From an uncultured Anaerolineales bacterium (GTDB lineage Bacteria; Chloroflexota; Anaerolineae; CG2-30-64-16): 64,000 bases of DNA. Under the pieces are notes generated by a model. It did not search any database and was not told the DNA's origin. It saw nothing but the letters and a program-made list of their open reading frames with translations. Positions 19,165 to 28,039 of this stretch are shown piece after piece. The position numbers and the translations under genes are program-made. The stretch spans positions 2,490 to 66,489 of the forward strand of contig CAYYTK010000024.1 in the NCBI GenBank assembly GCA_964474695.1, written 5' to 3'. Numbering within the stretch: position 1 is the first letter of the stretch; every line of letters starts with the position of its first letter.

Positions 19165-19470
19165 GTATCTGGACCGTTTCTTGAACCCAAGACCCCGAGA
19201 CCGGAGAGATGGCTTGCTGTGACTACCCCATGGTGTGCGCTGAAATGCTGGTAGTGCTTTACTGGTTGCCACTCCAACATTGACGCCGCCCCAACCCTGA
19301 GGTAGAGTCAACTCAGGGTCGCCTTTCAGCAGCCAATCCCACCGTCCAGCGGACTTCCGTTCTTCCAGGACGCTTGCGACCCGACAGCAGGCCATCTCGC
19401 CGAAGCATTCTGCGCTCGGTTCGAGGTGATCTGCTCTCGGGCCGCAAACATCTGACACGGAGCGAGAGCC

Positions 19471-19722
19471 ATGCTGCACAGTCCGCTGTTCTTCGTCTGG
19501 ATCGGCTGGGTGCTGATCGTCGGCGTCATCGCTGTGGTGCGCGGGATCTACGCCAGGCGGGAGAATGCCGAGCGGGAACAGAGGCGCACGGAACGCGCTT
19601 CGCGACGGGTCGGACGCACTCAGCATCCGATCAGTCTCCCGCAGCGCCACTACCTGCCGCCTGACTACCGCCAGCACCTCATTGATGCCGGCATCATCAA
19701 GCCTGCGGGCGATCCTACCTGA
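19471..19722 (+). CDS. Small single-pass membrane protein
   Basis: 83 aa with an N-terminal hydrophobic helix followed by a basic stretch. Confidence 0.5.
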   Translation: MLHSPLFFVWIGWVLIVGVIAVVRGIYARRENAEREQRRTERASRRVGRTQHPISLPQRHYLPPDYRQHLIDAGIIKPAGDPT

Positions 19723-19810
19723 CCGGGCTTACGTCCCGGATAGGCAAGCTTACGCTTGCCATGAACGCCAGACATCAGTTCTGGCGTTTCTTCTTTGAGC
19801 AGCACCCGTC

Positions 19811-20077
19811 ATGGACTTCGAGCAGGCGCCCGACGACTTCGGGTACATCGTCTTCGACCGCACCGACCGGGAGGCGGACGCGCGACGCTTCTACATGATC
19901 GCCTGGCAGGCCACCCTGGTCGATGACGGCGCAGTGGTGCGCACCTTTGGCCGCAAGGGGCGCTGGAAGCGCGTCATCACCACCCCTTACCCCTCGCTCC
20001 AGGCTGCCTGGCCTTTCATTCGCGCCACGGTCAAGACCCGCCTCCGCCATCACTACCGCATCGTCGAATCCGGCTGA
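19811..20077 (+). CDS. WGR domain protein
   Basis: 88 aa; RRFYMIAWQATL.D..VVRTFGRKG is the typical WGR pattern (here FGR). Confidence 0.75.
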   Translation: MDFEQAPDDFGYIVFDRTDREADARRFYMIAWQATLVDDGAVVRTFGRKGRWKRVITTPYPSLQAAWPFIRATVKTRLRHHYRIVESG

Positions 20078-20088
20078 CCCCGCCCAAC

Positions 20089-20114
20089 AAAAAAGGCCCA
20101 GCCGAAGCTGAGCC
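20089..20114 (-). terminator. Intrinsic terminator after the VWA gene
   Basis: Minus strand GGCTCAGC-TTCG-GCTGGGCC-TTTTTT. Confidence 0.8.
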
Positions 20115-20168
20115 TCTGGCCTGACACGAGAATCAGGCCGCGGTGCCGGGACGTAAGCCCGGCGGTAA

Positions 20169-21638
20169 TCAGGCGACCGTGGCCCGGGGGATGAGCAGCG
20201 CCATCGCCCAGGGCAGGTCGCGCGGGTCTTTGAGCACGATCACCGAGTTGCAGATCTCGGCCATCTTCTCCGGCTTGCCGTCGGGGATCACCACCGCCCC
20301 CGTGCGCGCCCGGTCGGGCGTCGCCGCGTAGGGCACGTAGCCGTCCCCGTCGGTGACCAGCACCACCCAATGGTTCGGGTAGCGCCGCCACAGGTCGGCC
20401 AGGAAGGCGAAGTAGGTGCCGCCCTCGGTGGGCCAGGCCGCCGGCGCAAAGAGGAGCGCATCGCCCCACCCCGCGCCGATCAGCCACGTGTCGTCGAACA
20501 GCACCCCGACCACGTCCCCGCCGGCGTCGCGCACGGCCAGGGCGATGGCCTGGGCCGCCACCCGCGCCGCCCAGATCTTCCCCTTCGAGTACCACATCGA
20601 CTCGCTGACGTCCAGGCAGATGACCACCTGGGGTCGGGGAGCGGAGCGGCCGGGCAGGTCCAGCCGGAACGGGATGCCGTCCCCGCGGGCCGCCTCCCGG
20701 CGATCCAGCCGGCCGGGCGCGACCACCTCGACGCCGCCCTTCGGGACGGCGAAGCGCAGCCGGATGGCCCGGGCGATGGTCACCGCGTCGGGCTCCGGCG
20801 GGCCGGGCTGCACGGGCAGCTCCTTGCGCTCCTGGCCGTCCATCGGCTCACGCTCGCGGGTGTTGGCCTGCGCCTCGACCTGCGCCGCCTGGCCGGTGCC
20901 GCGGGCGGCGATCTTGGGGTCGCCGAGCGGCATGGTCAGGCCTGAGCTGGCCTTGAGCTCCGGAAACTGCTCGATGATCTGCCGCAGCAGGCCGGGCAGC
21001 TCCTTGGCCGCGGTCCAGTGCGCGGCGGCCAGCAAGCCCAGAAACTCTTTGACCTGCTGGCCCCAGGGCTCGGCGTCGAAAACGGCATCGAGTACCCGGT
21101 AGGTCGGCAGACTGTACCACTCCGCCGCGAACGGCTGATTCGTTTGGGCGAACCGCCCGGCCAGCGCCGCCGCGCAGGCGACGCCGGCGAAGTCGGCGCC
21201 GACTTGCCTCAGCTCGGCCAGGTACTCGGCCATGCGCGCCCGGTTGACCGCATCGCGTACGGCGGTCAAAGGGACGGCCAACGGCGGAAAGAGACAGGCC
21301 ACCTGCGCCTCGCCCTGGATGTCCAACAGGATGTTGGCCAGCCAGTGCGGCGCGCCGGTCTCCTGTTCCACTTGCTGGAGCTCTTCCAACGGCTGCAGGA
21401 AGTGCCCCAGCTCGTGCGCCAGCAGCCCGATGGCCACCGGCGCGTCCTGCGTCACGTCGACGCCCTCGAACGCCGGCGGCAGCCAGATGTGCACTCCGTC
21501 GGTCGAGGCGGTATCGTCCTCGGCCACGGTGACCGCCGCCTGCACCAGCCGCGATGTGGCCGGCGCGACGACGGCCAGCACCTGGTTGGCCGCGGCGTTG
21601 AGCGTGCGTTCGACGGACGGTGCGTTCTGCGTGTACAT
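20169..21638 (-). CDS. HEXXH metallopeptidase-like plus VWA domain protein (CobT/DUF2201-like MoxR partner)
   Basis: LAHELGH; MIDAS motif ICLDVSESM, GGT, VTDG; lies directly downstream of the MoxR ATPase. Confidence 0.8.
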   Translation of the reverse strand: MYTQNAPSVERTLNAAANQVLAVVAPATSRLVQAAVTVAEDDTASTDGVHIWLPPAFEGVDVTQDAPVAIGLLAHELGHFLQPLEELQQVEQETGAPHWLANILLDIQGEAQVACLFPPLAVPLTAVRDAVNRARMAEYLAELRQVGADFAGVACAAALAGRFAQTNQPFAAEWYSLPTYRVLDAVFDAEPWGQQVKEFLGLLAAAHWTAAKELPGLLRQIIEQFPELKASSGLTMPLGDPKIAARGTGQAAQVEAQANTREREPMDGQERKELPVQPGPPEPDAVTIARAIRLRFAVPKGGVEVVAPGRLDRREAARGDGIPFRLDLPGRSAPRPQVVICLDVSESMWYSKGKIWAARVAAQAIALAVRDAGGDVVGVLFDDTWLIGAGWGDALLFAPAAWPTEGGTYFAFLADLWRRYPNHWVVLVTDGDGYVPYAATPDRARTGAVVIPDGKPEKMAEICNSVIVLKDPRDLPWAMALLIPRATVA

Positions 21639-21650
21639 GGCGCCCTCCCG

Positions 21651-22841
21651 CTACGCGACCGTGACCCCGATGCCCTGCAGCACCTTGCGGAACCCCTCGG
21701 CGGCTGCAGGGTCAATCGCCCCGAGCCGGCCGAAGTAGCCCGCCAGGAACCGCCGGTCGTCGGGCGCCTCGGCGGTCGTGAGCGCCTGGTACTCGATGGG
21801 CAGCGGCAGCTGCCCGCCCTGCACCGCCTTCCACGACGCCTCGATGGCGTTCTGCACCGGGGTCGTGAAGAGGCGGGCCACGGCCGGCGCGAACGCCACC
21901 GGCACCGGCGTCACCCGGCGCACCACCGCCGGGTCCAGGACGCTGCCCCAGGGATTGCAGGCCAGCGCCAGCTTCGCCCGCGAGCAGGGCGCCCACTCGA
22001 CGCCCCACAAGGGCGCTTCGAGCAGCCGCACGAACTCGTCGGTCCGGATGCCCATGGCCTGCGCCACGCTCGGCGGCGTCGGCAGGAGCGGCCGGACGAG
22101 GATGTCCTGCGCCCGCGTGTTGAAGCGGAGGAACTCGTCGATGAACAGCAGGACTTGTTCCCCGTCCCGCGCCCGCCGGAAGGCCCGGGCGAACGGCCCG
22201 GCGATCTCGACCCCGCCGGCCATCTTGACGCCGGCCAGGTCCGCATCGGCGAACGAGGGGCTGCCCGAGACCTCCTCGAAGCCCCAGGCGTTGCGGGTGG
22301 CCACCAGCCGGACCGCGGAGGTCTTGCCGCAGCCGGTGGGGCCGATCAGGAAGGGCACCTCGCCGGCGGCCAGCACCGCCTCCACCTGGTCGGCGAGGGC
22401 GGCGATCGCCCCGGCCACGGCCTGCAGGATCTTGTCCCGGAAGGTCGCGGCCGGCACCGGTGAGGGCGGTGTGGCCGTGGTGGGCGGCGCGGCCTGGGCC
22501 GGGCCCGCACCGAGCACCAGGATGTTCCCGGTGTCGGGCACGGGGCCGACCTTAAGCGCCAGCGCCAGCAGGTGTTTGCACGGCTGGCTGAAGTGTTGGC
22601 CCCGCTGTTGCCAGTCGGGGCAGTCGCACTCCAGGTCCAGCACGGCCGGGTTCGTCGCGTCCAGCGTGATGCTGGTCCGGTAACGGCCGACGATCTCGCC
22701 GGCGATCTCCTGCGCCGTGGCGGTGCTGACCCGCACCCGGCCCAGGTCGACGATCTCCTGCGCGCGCTCGACGCGGCGCTGGTCCACGGTGCCCCACTGG
22801 CGCAGCAGGTCCAGCAGGGCGGGCTGTGCTCCTTGTGTCAT
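21651..22841 (-). CDS. SWIM zinc finger plus MoxR/CbbQ-type AAA+ ATPase
   Basis: CDCPDW..PCKH SWIM; Walker A GPTGCGKT, Walker B LLFIDEF; start moved to the ATG at 22841 with an AAGGAG SD. Confidence 0.8.
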   Translation of the reverse strand: MTQGAQPALLDLLRQWGTVDQRRVERAQEIVDLGRVRVSTATAQEIAGEIVGRYRTSITLDATNPAVLDLECDCPDWQQRGQHFSQPCKHLLALALKVGPVPDTGNILVLGAGPAQAAPPTTATPPSPVPAATFRDKILQAVAGAIAALADQVEAVLAAGEVPFLIGPTGCGKTSAVRLVATRNAWGFEEVSGSPSFADADLAGVKMAGGVEIAGPFARAFRRARDGEQVLLFIDEFLRFNTRAQDILVRPLLPTPPSVAQAMGIRTDEFVRLLEAPLWGVEWAPCSRAKLALACNPWGSVLDPAVVRRVTPVPVAFAPAVARLFTTPVQNAIEASWKAVQGGQLPLPIEYQALTTAEAPDDRRFLAGYFGRLGAIDPAAAEGFRKVLQGIGVTVA

Positions 22842-22945
22842 GGCGTGTGTCTCCTTCGGGTGTGCCGGAGGAGCGCAAGGCGTCCCGGCCGGGGCGCCCT
22901 GCGCCCGGTGCCGGGAACTGTGATGGCGGCTGAGGGCCGCCGCGG

Positions 22946-23371
22946 TCACTTGGCGTGTGATCGGCGGAGCGCGTCCGCGTCGGGCAGACGCGGGCTCCCG
23001 CCTGTGGCCGCCTGTGAATCGGGCTGCTTACCCTTGTGGCGGTAGTACAGCGCTACCGGGCCGGAGACGAGCCGGGCGAAGCGCACCAGTGAGGCGTTCG
23101 CCAGCCGGCCCAACCGGGTCGGCCCGAAGGGCGGCTCGGCCAGCCGCTCGACCGGCGCCAGGTACGCCACGCGCGGGGTGGACCCGCACAGGCGCACCCG
23201 CCAGATCTCGTACGGCTTGGGCCAGGGCCACTTCCCGCGCCAGAAGTAGCCGGACGGGAAGGCCACTTTGCCACCCGGCAGGTAGGCCATGACTGCGGTG
23301 CCGGCGCCGCGCCCCTGCCTGGCAGGCCTGCGAGCCGGCTCGAAGCAAACTTGGTAGATCTCGGTGTCCAT
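22946..23371 (-). CDS. Hypothetical protein
   Basis: Start MDTEIY with a GAGGAGG SD; sits in the operon between the Cas4-like and MoxR genes. Confidence 0.55.
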   Translation of the reverse strand: MDTEIYQVCFEPARRPARQGRGAGTAVMAYLPGGKVAFPSGYFWRGKWPWPKPYEIWRVRLCGSTPRVAYLAPVERLAEPPFGPTRLGRLANASLVRFARLVSGPVALYYRHKGKQPDSQAATGGSPRLPDADALRRSHAK

Positions 23372-23385
23372 CGTGCGTCTCCTCC

Positions 23386-24210
23386 TCAGTCGGCGACCTT
23401 GGGCCGCGCGCTGCTCAGCCGATCCGGGCAGCACGTGGCGTGCGTGCAGTAGCGGCACAGCCAGGCCTCGACTGCGTCGCCGGCCGGCCCCGCAGGGCCG
23501 CATTCGGTGATCGCCCGCGCCTTGGCCACCGCGTGCGCCCGGGTGCGCGCCAGCCCTTCGGCGTCCGGCATCGCCACGTCCACGGACAGCACGGTGTGCA
23601 TGTCCATGTAGGTGACGCGGCCGGCCAGGGGCGGCGCATAGCCGTTCTCGGCCAGCAGCCAGGCGTAGAGCCAGAGCTGCCGGCGGTGCTGCGGCTTGGG
23701 CAGGTCCAGGCTGGTCATGGCCTTGCCGAAGCTGTTGATCGTCTTGTAGTCCAGCGCCGTGCGGGTCAGCGGGTCGTAGTGGTCGATCTTGCCCGACACC
23801 CAGGCCCGCGCGCCGGCACGCTGGTCAGCGTCGAGCCGGACGACCAGCCGCACTTCGGCGACCGCGTCCGCCCCGGCCAGCGCTTCCAGCGCGGCGTGGA
23901 AGATCGTGCCGCGCAGCCGCGCCCAGTGGCGGCCCGGCGTCTCGAGCGGAGCCGGGCCGTGCAGGGCGTACCACGCCTGCCGCGTGCAGCCCAGGAGCGA
24001 CGTGACCCTGAGCAGGGCCACGCCTGCCTCGGCCGCCCGCGCCCGCAGTTCGGCCAGCTCCATCTCGCCGGCCAGGCTGCGCGCGAGCGCGGCCAGGATC
24101 GTCGGCGGGTAGGGACAGGCCGGCTGCCGTCGGTAGCGGGCGCATGCCAGGCAGTCAGCCAGCGGCACCGGTTGACCGGTGACTTCGCACAGCCAGAGAT
24201 GTGTGTTCAT
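23386..24210 (-). CDS. Cas4/RecB-like PD-(D/E)XK exonuclease
   Basis: LLGCTRQAWY, RGTIFH, VSGKID, LDYKT, QLWLYAWL, and C-terminal CRYC..C (Fe-S type cysteines); start MNTHLW at 24210. Confidence 0.8.
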   Translation of the reverse strand: MNTHLWLCEVTGQPVPLADCLACARYRRQPACPYPPTILAALARSLAGEMELAELRARAAEAGVALLRVTSLLGCTRQAWYALHGPAPLETPGRHWARLRGTIFHAALEALAGADAVAEVRLVVRLDADQRAGARAWVSGKIDHYDPLTRTALDYKTINSFGKAMTSLDLPKPQHRRQLWLYAWLLAENGYAPPLAGRVTYMDMHTVLSVDVAMPDAEGLARTRAHAVAKARAITECGPAGPAGDAVEAWLCRYCTHATCCPDRLSSARPKVAD

Positions 24211-24239
24211 GTGGTTGCTCCGTGTGGGGTGCGGTGAGT

Positions 24240-24947
24240 TCAGAAGCCGAGGCCTCTGGTCTTCAAGGAAATCCAACCCGACTTCGCCACGATGATGTGG
24301 TCGATCAGGTCGATGCCGAGCAGTTGCCCGGCGTCGCGGATGGCCCGCGTGCACTGGACGTCTTCGGGCGAGGGGGTCGGGTCGTTGCCCGGATGGTTGT
24401 GCGCGATGACGATGGCGGGCGCGTTGGCCCGCACCGCCGGCCGCAGCACTTCCGCCGGCCGCACGACCGCGGCGCCGACGTTGCCGCGGTAGACGTCCTC
24501 CATAGCCAGCACGTGGTAGCGCGTGTCCAGGACGATGACCCGCAGGTGCTCCTGCTCCAGGAGCGCCATCTCGGGCAGCAGCAGGTCCGCGATCTGCGCC
24601 GGCGACGTGATGGCCGGCCGCGCCTCGGACGCGTGCAGCTCTTCGATCAGGCGCTGGCCGAGCGCCAGCGCGGCCTTGACCTGCAGCGCCTTGCCGGGCG
24701 CGAGGCCCGCGGCGCGCAGCTCGGCCGGCGTGGCTTGCGCCAGGCCGGTCAGGCCGCCGCAGCGGAGCACCAGGCCCTGGGCGAGCGCCAGCCCGTCGGC
24801 CGTGCCCAGGAGCACGGCCAGCAGTTCGGCGCTGGTCAGGATGCCCGGCCCGTGCCGGCGCAGGCGCTCGGCCGGCCGGTCGGCGGCGGGCAGCTCGCGG
24901 ATCAGGAAGGTGGGAACGGTCTTGTCGGGGCGTGTGATGGTGTGCAT
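24240..24947 (-). CDS. radC: RadC/JAB domain protein
   Basis: RPAERL..G...L..AELLA; QEHL.V..LD; AHNHPG.DP.PS.ED; LIDHIIV. Confidence 0.9.
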   Translation of the reverse strand: MHTITRPDKTVPTFLIRELPAADRPAERLRRHGPGILTSAELLAVLLGTADGLALAQGLVLRCGGLTGLAQATPAELRAAGLAPGKALQVKAALALGQRLIEELHASEARPAITSPAQIADLLLPEMALLEQEHLRVIVLDTRYHVLAMEDVYRGNVGAAVVRPAEVLRPAVRANAPAIVIAHNHPGNDPTPSPEDVQCTRAIRDAGQLLGIDLIDHIIVAKSGWISLKTRGLGF

Positions 24948-25133
24948 GAGAACTCCTGTCTGTGGGTTGGTCTGTGTAGCCGCCGCAGGCAGGCGCATGG
25001 TCGTGAGGGGACTCCCGGTCAGGGAGCGGCTCCCTCCGGGAGCTTGGCGCCTCCCTGCCGGGCAGCCGTGCGTGTGGGAATGCCGTGGTATGCGTGAGGA
25101 CTAACGGCTGCTAACGGGCGTCGAACGGGGCTA

Positions 25134-26126
25134 TTACACCCCGTGGGCCGCGAGCCAGGCGGCCAGCGAGCCGTCCTGCAGGCGGTCGTTGGCGTCCAGT
25201 CCGCCCTCCGACCACAGGGCATACCCGGTGGCCGGCGCGATGGCTGGCACGGCGGCCGCGGCGCGGGCGAGGTCGTCCAGCCAGATGAAGACCCGGCGGT
25301 AGGCCTCGACCACGCTGTCCAACAGGCGCAGCGTGCGCCGCTGGGCCAGCCCCTCCTGGCTGCCGCACGAGAGCACGTCGGCCCGCCCGGACAGCACCTG
25401 CCAGAGCGAGACGGCGTTGAGCTCCCCTTCGGCGAGCACCAGCGTGTCGCGGCCCGTGCGCAGGTCCAGCCCGTACAGCAGCCGCTCCCCGCCCTTGCGC
25501 TGGCTGAAGCGTTCCGGCTTCGCCAGCTCCGGGAAGATGAAACGGTACTGCACCGCCTGGAGCGCGGCATTTGCCTGCCAGGGCAGCGTGATGGCCGGCA
25601 GCTTGGTCTTGAGCCGCGGGTGCCAGGCCGGCGTGTAGCCCAGCCCCCACGCCTGCCAGGCGCATGGGGCGAGGCCCCGGCCGGTGAGATAGGCGCGGCC
25701 CGGCTCAGCCGTCGGAGCGTGGTTCAGGCTCCAGGCGGCCTGGCGGACCTCGGCCTGCGCGGCCCGCTGCCAGCGCGGCTCGCGCCACGCGGGCGTGTGG
25801 ACCTGCACTCGGTAGCCGGTCTGGCAGGCCGGCTGGCCGTGCGGCGCCAGGCCGGCGAGCCGGCTGAGCGCTTCGTGAAACGTGAGGTGATCCCGCCGGC
25901 GCAGGTAGTCGATGGCGTCGCCCCCACGCGGGGCGCACTGCCGGCAGAACCAGCGACCGCCCCCGTAGGCGGGCTGGACGTGCAGCCGGTCCTCGCCGCC
26001 GCAGAAGGGGCAGGGTCCCGCCCACTCCCCGCCGCGCGTGCCCGCGATGCGGACGAGCGGCGTGTCGCGGCCGATGAACTCGGCCAGGTCGAGGCGTTGC
26101 TTGATGGCGGTGATGTCTGTGGTCAT
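25134..26126 (-). CDS. DNA primase-like protein (CHC2 zinc finger plus Toprim)
   Basis: CPFCGGEDRLHV..WFCRQC..GDAI; Toprim LAEGELNAVSL and WLDD. Confidence 0.8.
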   Translation of the reverse strand: MTTDITAIKQRLDLAEFIGRDTPLVRIAGTRGGEWAGPCPFCGGEDRLHVQPAYGGGRWFCRQCAPRGGDAIDYLRRRDHLTFHEALSRLAGLAPHGQPACQTGYRVQVHTPAWREPRWQRAAQAEVRQAAWSLNHAPTAEPGRAYLTGRGLAPCAWQAWGLGYTPAWHPRLKTKLPAITLPWQANAALQAVQYRFIFPELAKPERFSQRKGGERLLYGLDLRTGRDTLVLAEGELNAVSLWQVLSGRADVLSCGSQEGLAQRRTLRLLDSVVEAYRRVFIWLDDLARAAAAVPAIAPATGYALWSEGGLDANDRLQDGSLAAWLAAHGV

Positions 26127-26168
26127 GGCTGTGCTCCGAGCTGTGGGGTCTGTGAGGCCGTGTGGTCA

Positions 26169-26203
26169 AACAAGAAAGGGGAGGAACAGGCCGTCCTCCC
26201 CTT
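26169..26203 (-). terminator. Intrinsic terminator after the Rad52-like gene
   Basis: 10-bp stem AAGGGGAGGA/TCCTCCCCTT followed on the minus strand by TCTTGTTT. Confidence 0.6.
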
Positions 26204-26296
26204 CGGATCAGGCGTAAGCCTGGCAGGTGGGCCGATCCCGTCCGGTGTGAAGCGGGACGGGATCAGCGAGACGGCTGACGTGTCGAGACGACGGGC

Positions 26297-27082
26297 CTAG
26301 AAGGGGTCGTCGGCGGTGGGAGCGGGGACGCCGGCAGGGATCGCAGGCATCAGGAGGGCCGCAGCCGCCGCCTTCAAAGGCGCGAACTGGGCGTTCTCGC
26401 TGAGCCACTTGACGTAGCCGGGGTCCTGCGCCAGCACCTGGCCGAGGGTCTGCCCCTTGAACTTGCCGAACTTGACCTCCATCGCGGCCGGGTCGCCGTG
26501 CGCGGCAGCGCCGTTACCGGCGGAGCCATTGCCGCCGTTGCCGTTGCCGCCGTGACCCTGCGCGTCGGCCGGCGCGCCGTTGCTTGCAGGCGGCTTGCCG
26601 GTGCGCAGCATCTCGCGCAGCGCGTCGAGCGCGGCGGGCGGGAAGGCCCGCTTGGCCGGGTCGTAGTCGGCCCAGACCTGGGGCACCGAGTACAGGTAGC
26701 GCCCCAGCGAGAACTTGGCGCACGCCCGCTTGAAGGCCTGCGCCTCCGCGCTGGTGGCCGCGTTCTCCTCCGCGCCGTTGGCCGTGGCCACCAGGCACTC
26801 CCCGATGGCCTGGCGGGTGACGCCGCCCAGCGTGAGGGTGCAGGTGACGACCACGCGGCCTTCGGGGTACTCGCGCAGGTAGGCGTTGGACCAGGCGGGA
26901 TCCGCCTCATCCAGCCGCGTCTCGTACGCGCGAGCGTCCACGTAGGCCAGCGCCAGCGCACGGTTGCTGCTCTTGGCGACTGCGCCAGGCTTGAACTCGA
27001 CCACGGCCGGGTCGAACGGCTTGGCCAGCTCGGCCAGGATGGCTTCGAACGCCTTCGGGTTCTGCGTGTTTGCGGATGACAT
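26297..27082 (-). CDS. Rad52/Rad22-family single-strand annealing protein with a C-terminal KFGKFKG domain
   Basis: LAKPF...VEFKPG..ALAYVDARAYETRLD..W....V.C.LTL.GVTR..IG...A.A.AFKRACAKFSLGRYLY; MEVKFGKFKGQTLGQV..DPGYVKWL tail. Confidence 0.85.
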   Translation of the reverse strand: MSSANTQNPKAFEAILAELAKPFDPAVVEFKPGAVAKSSNRALALAYVDARAYETRLDEADPAWSNAYLREYPEGRVVVTCTLTLGGVTRQAIGECLVATANGAEENAATSAEAQAFKRACAKFSLGRYLYSVPQVWADYDPAKRAFPPAALDALREMLRTGKPPASNGAPADAQGHGGNGNGGNGSAGNGAAAHGDPAAMEVKFGKFKGQTLGQVLAQDPGYVKWLSENAQFAPLKAAAAALLMPAIPAGVPAPTADDPF

Positions 27083-27188
27083 GATGGGTTCTCCTTGTGT
27101 GGAATGTGTTGGCAGACCAGCAGCCTGCCAGGCTTGTGATGAGACAGTGTCAGATCGGTGCGGAGCGCTTGGGCGGCAGGGGTAGGCA

Positions 27189-27260
27189 GCAGGTGTCAGG
27201 AGGCAGGAGTCAGACCGATTCCTGATGCCTGATCCCTGACCCCTGTTCTCTGATTCCTGC
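27189..27260. repeat. Inverted arrays of ~7-nt tandem repeats (CAGG-rich / CCTGA-rich)
   Basis: caggtgtcaggaggcaggagtcag...ttcctgatgcctgatccctgacccctg; related arrays at ~28452-28560, 30873-30998 and 55160-55200. Confidence 0.7.
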
Positions 27261-27728
27261 TCACTGGCCTGCCGCCTCCTGCGCCAGTTCGGCCAGGACC
27301 GTCTCGGCGATGGCCCCGCTCTGTTCCTCGACGACGGCCATGACCGCCGTCAGGACGTGCGAGAGCGCGCTGCGCACGGCCGCGCGCACAACTGCTTCGG
27401 GGACCGGCGCCGCGGCCGCCGGCGGGACGGCCGACCGGGCCTTCGCCAGATAGGTTTCCAGCCGCGCCGGCCACTGCGTCAGCACGGCCGCCAGCAGGTG
27501 CTTGCACGGGCCACCGCGCTGCTGCCAGTCGTCACAGGTGCAGGTGCCCAGTCCGTGGGGCGTGGCCTGCCCGAAGTGGACGGTGTAGGCCGCGCTGCCG
27601 CCGTTGGCGATGATGAACGCGTTGGGCGTCTCGGCCGCAGTGACCGTGACGCTGCCCGCCGTCACCACCTCCCGGGCGCGCGCCAGCCGCGCTTCCACAT
27701 CGGGCCAGGTGAGCTTGGTGCCGTTCAT
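27261..27728 (-). CDS. SWIM zinc finger protein
   Basis: YTV....GTCTCDDWQQRGGPCKHLLA. Confidence 0.8.
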   Translation of the reverse strand: MNGTKLTWPDVEARLARAREVVTAGSVTVTAAETPNAFIIANGGSAAYTVHFGQATPHGLGTCTCDDWQQRGGPCKHLLAAVLTQWPARLETYLAKARSAVPPAAAAPVPEAVVRAAVRSALSHVLTAVMAVVEEQSGAIAETVLAELAQEAAGQ

Positions 27729-27899
27729 GATGATTCACCTCCTTGTCGTGTGATGGTGTAAGATGTCTCGCTCTGTGTCTCTGTGCGCCGTCCGTCTCCG
27801 TGCCGCTGTGGGCACGACCGCAGAGGGCGAGGGCGAATGGCGAATAAGTCACTTCGAGATTCGCTGATTCGCTGATTCGCTCTCGTCCGCTCCGGTCGT

Positions 27900-27972
27900 G
27901 CCCACAGAAACAAAAACACGCCCGGGGCGACCGGCGCTGGTGCGCGGTCGCGGGCGTGTCCGTTCTGTGGGC
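27900..27972 (-). terminator. Nested hairpin / terminator-like structure
   Basis: GCCCACAGAA..TTCTGTGGGC outer stem enclosing an ACACGCCC/GGGCGTGT stem; TTTTTGTTT follows the inner stem on the minus strand. Confidence 0.45.
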
Positions 27973-28039
27973 GAGCTTGTGTGCTTGTTACGTGATTGCG
28001 ATCTTCAGTTGTTAAAGTGCAGCAGCCGGGCGGGCCGGC

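Larger units (their letters stand above)
19723..20162. repeat. 17-bp exact inverted repeat pair flanking the WGR gene
   Basis: CCGGGCTTACGTCCCGG at 19723-19739 and its reverse complement at 20146-20162. Confidence 0.8.

Noticed and set aside
19723-20162. MITE/IS defined by the 17-bp inverted repeats
   Set aside because: No target-site duplication seen, and the motif also fits a post-stop hairpin on each strand; kept only as a low-interest finding.
23386-24210. Cas4-like gene as evidence of a CRISPR-Cas locus
   Set aside because: No cas1/cas2 or array; it sits in a recombination operon with Rad52 and RadC, typical of stand-alone Cas4-like exonucleases.
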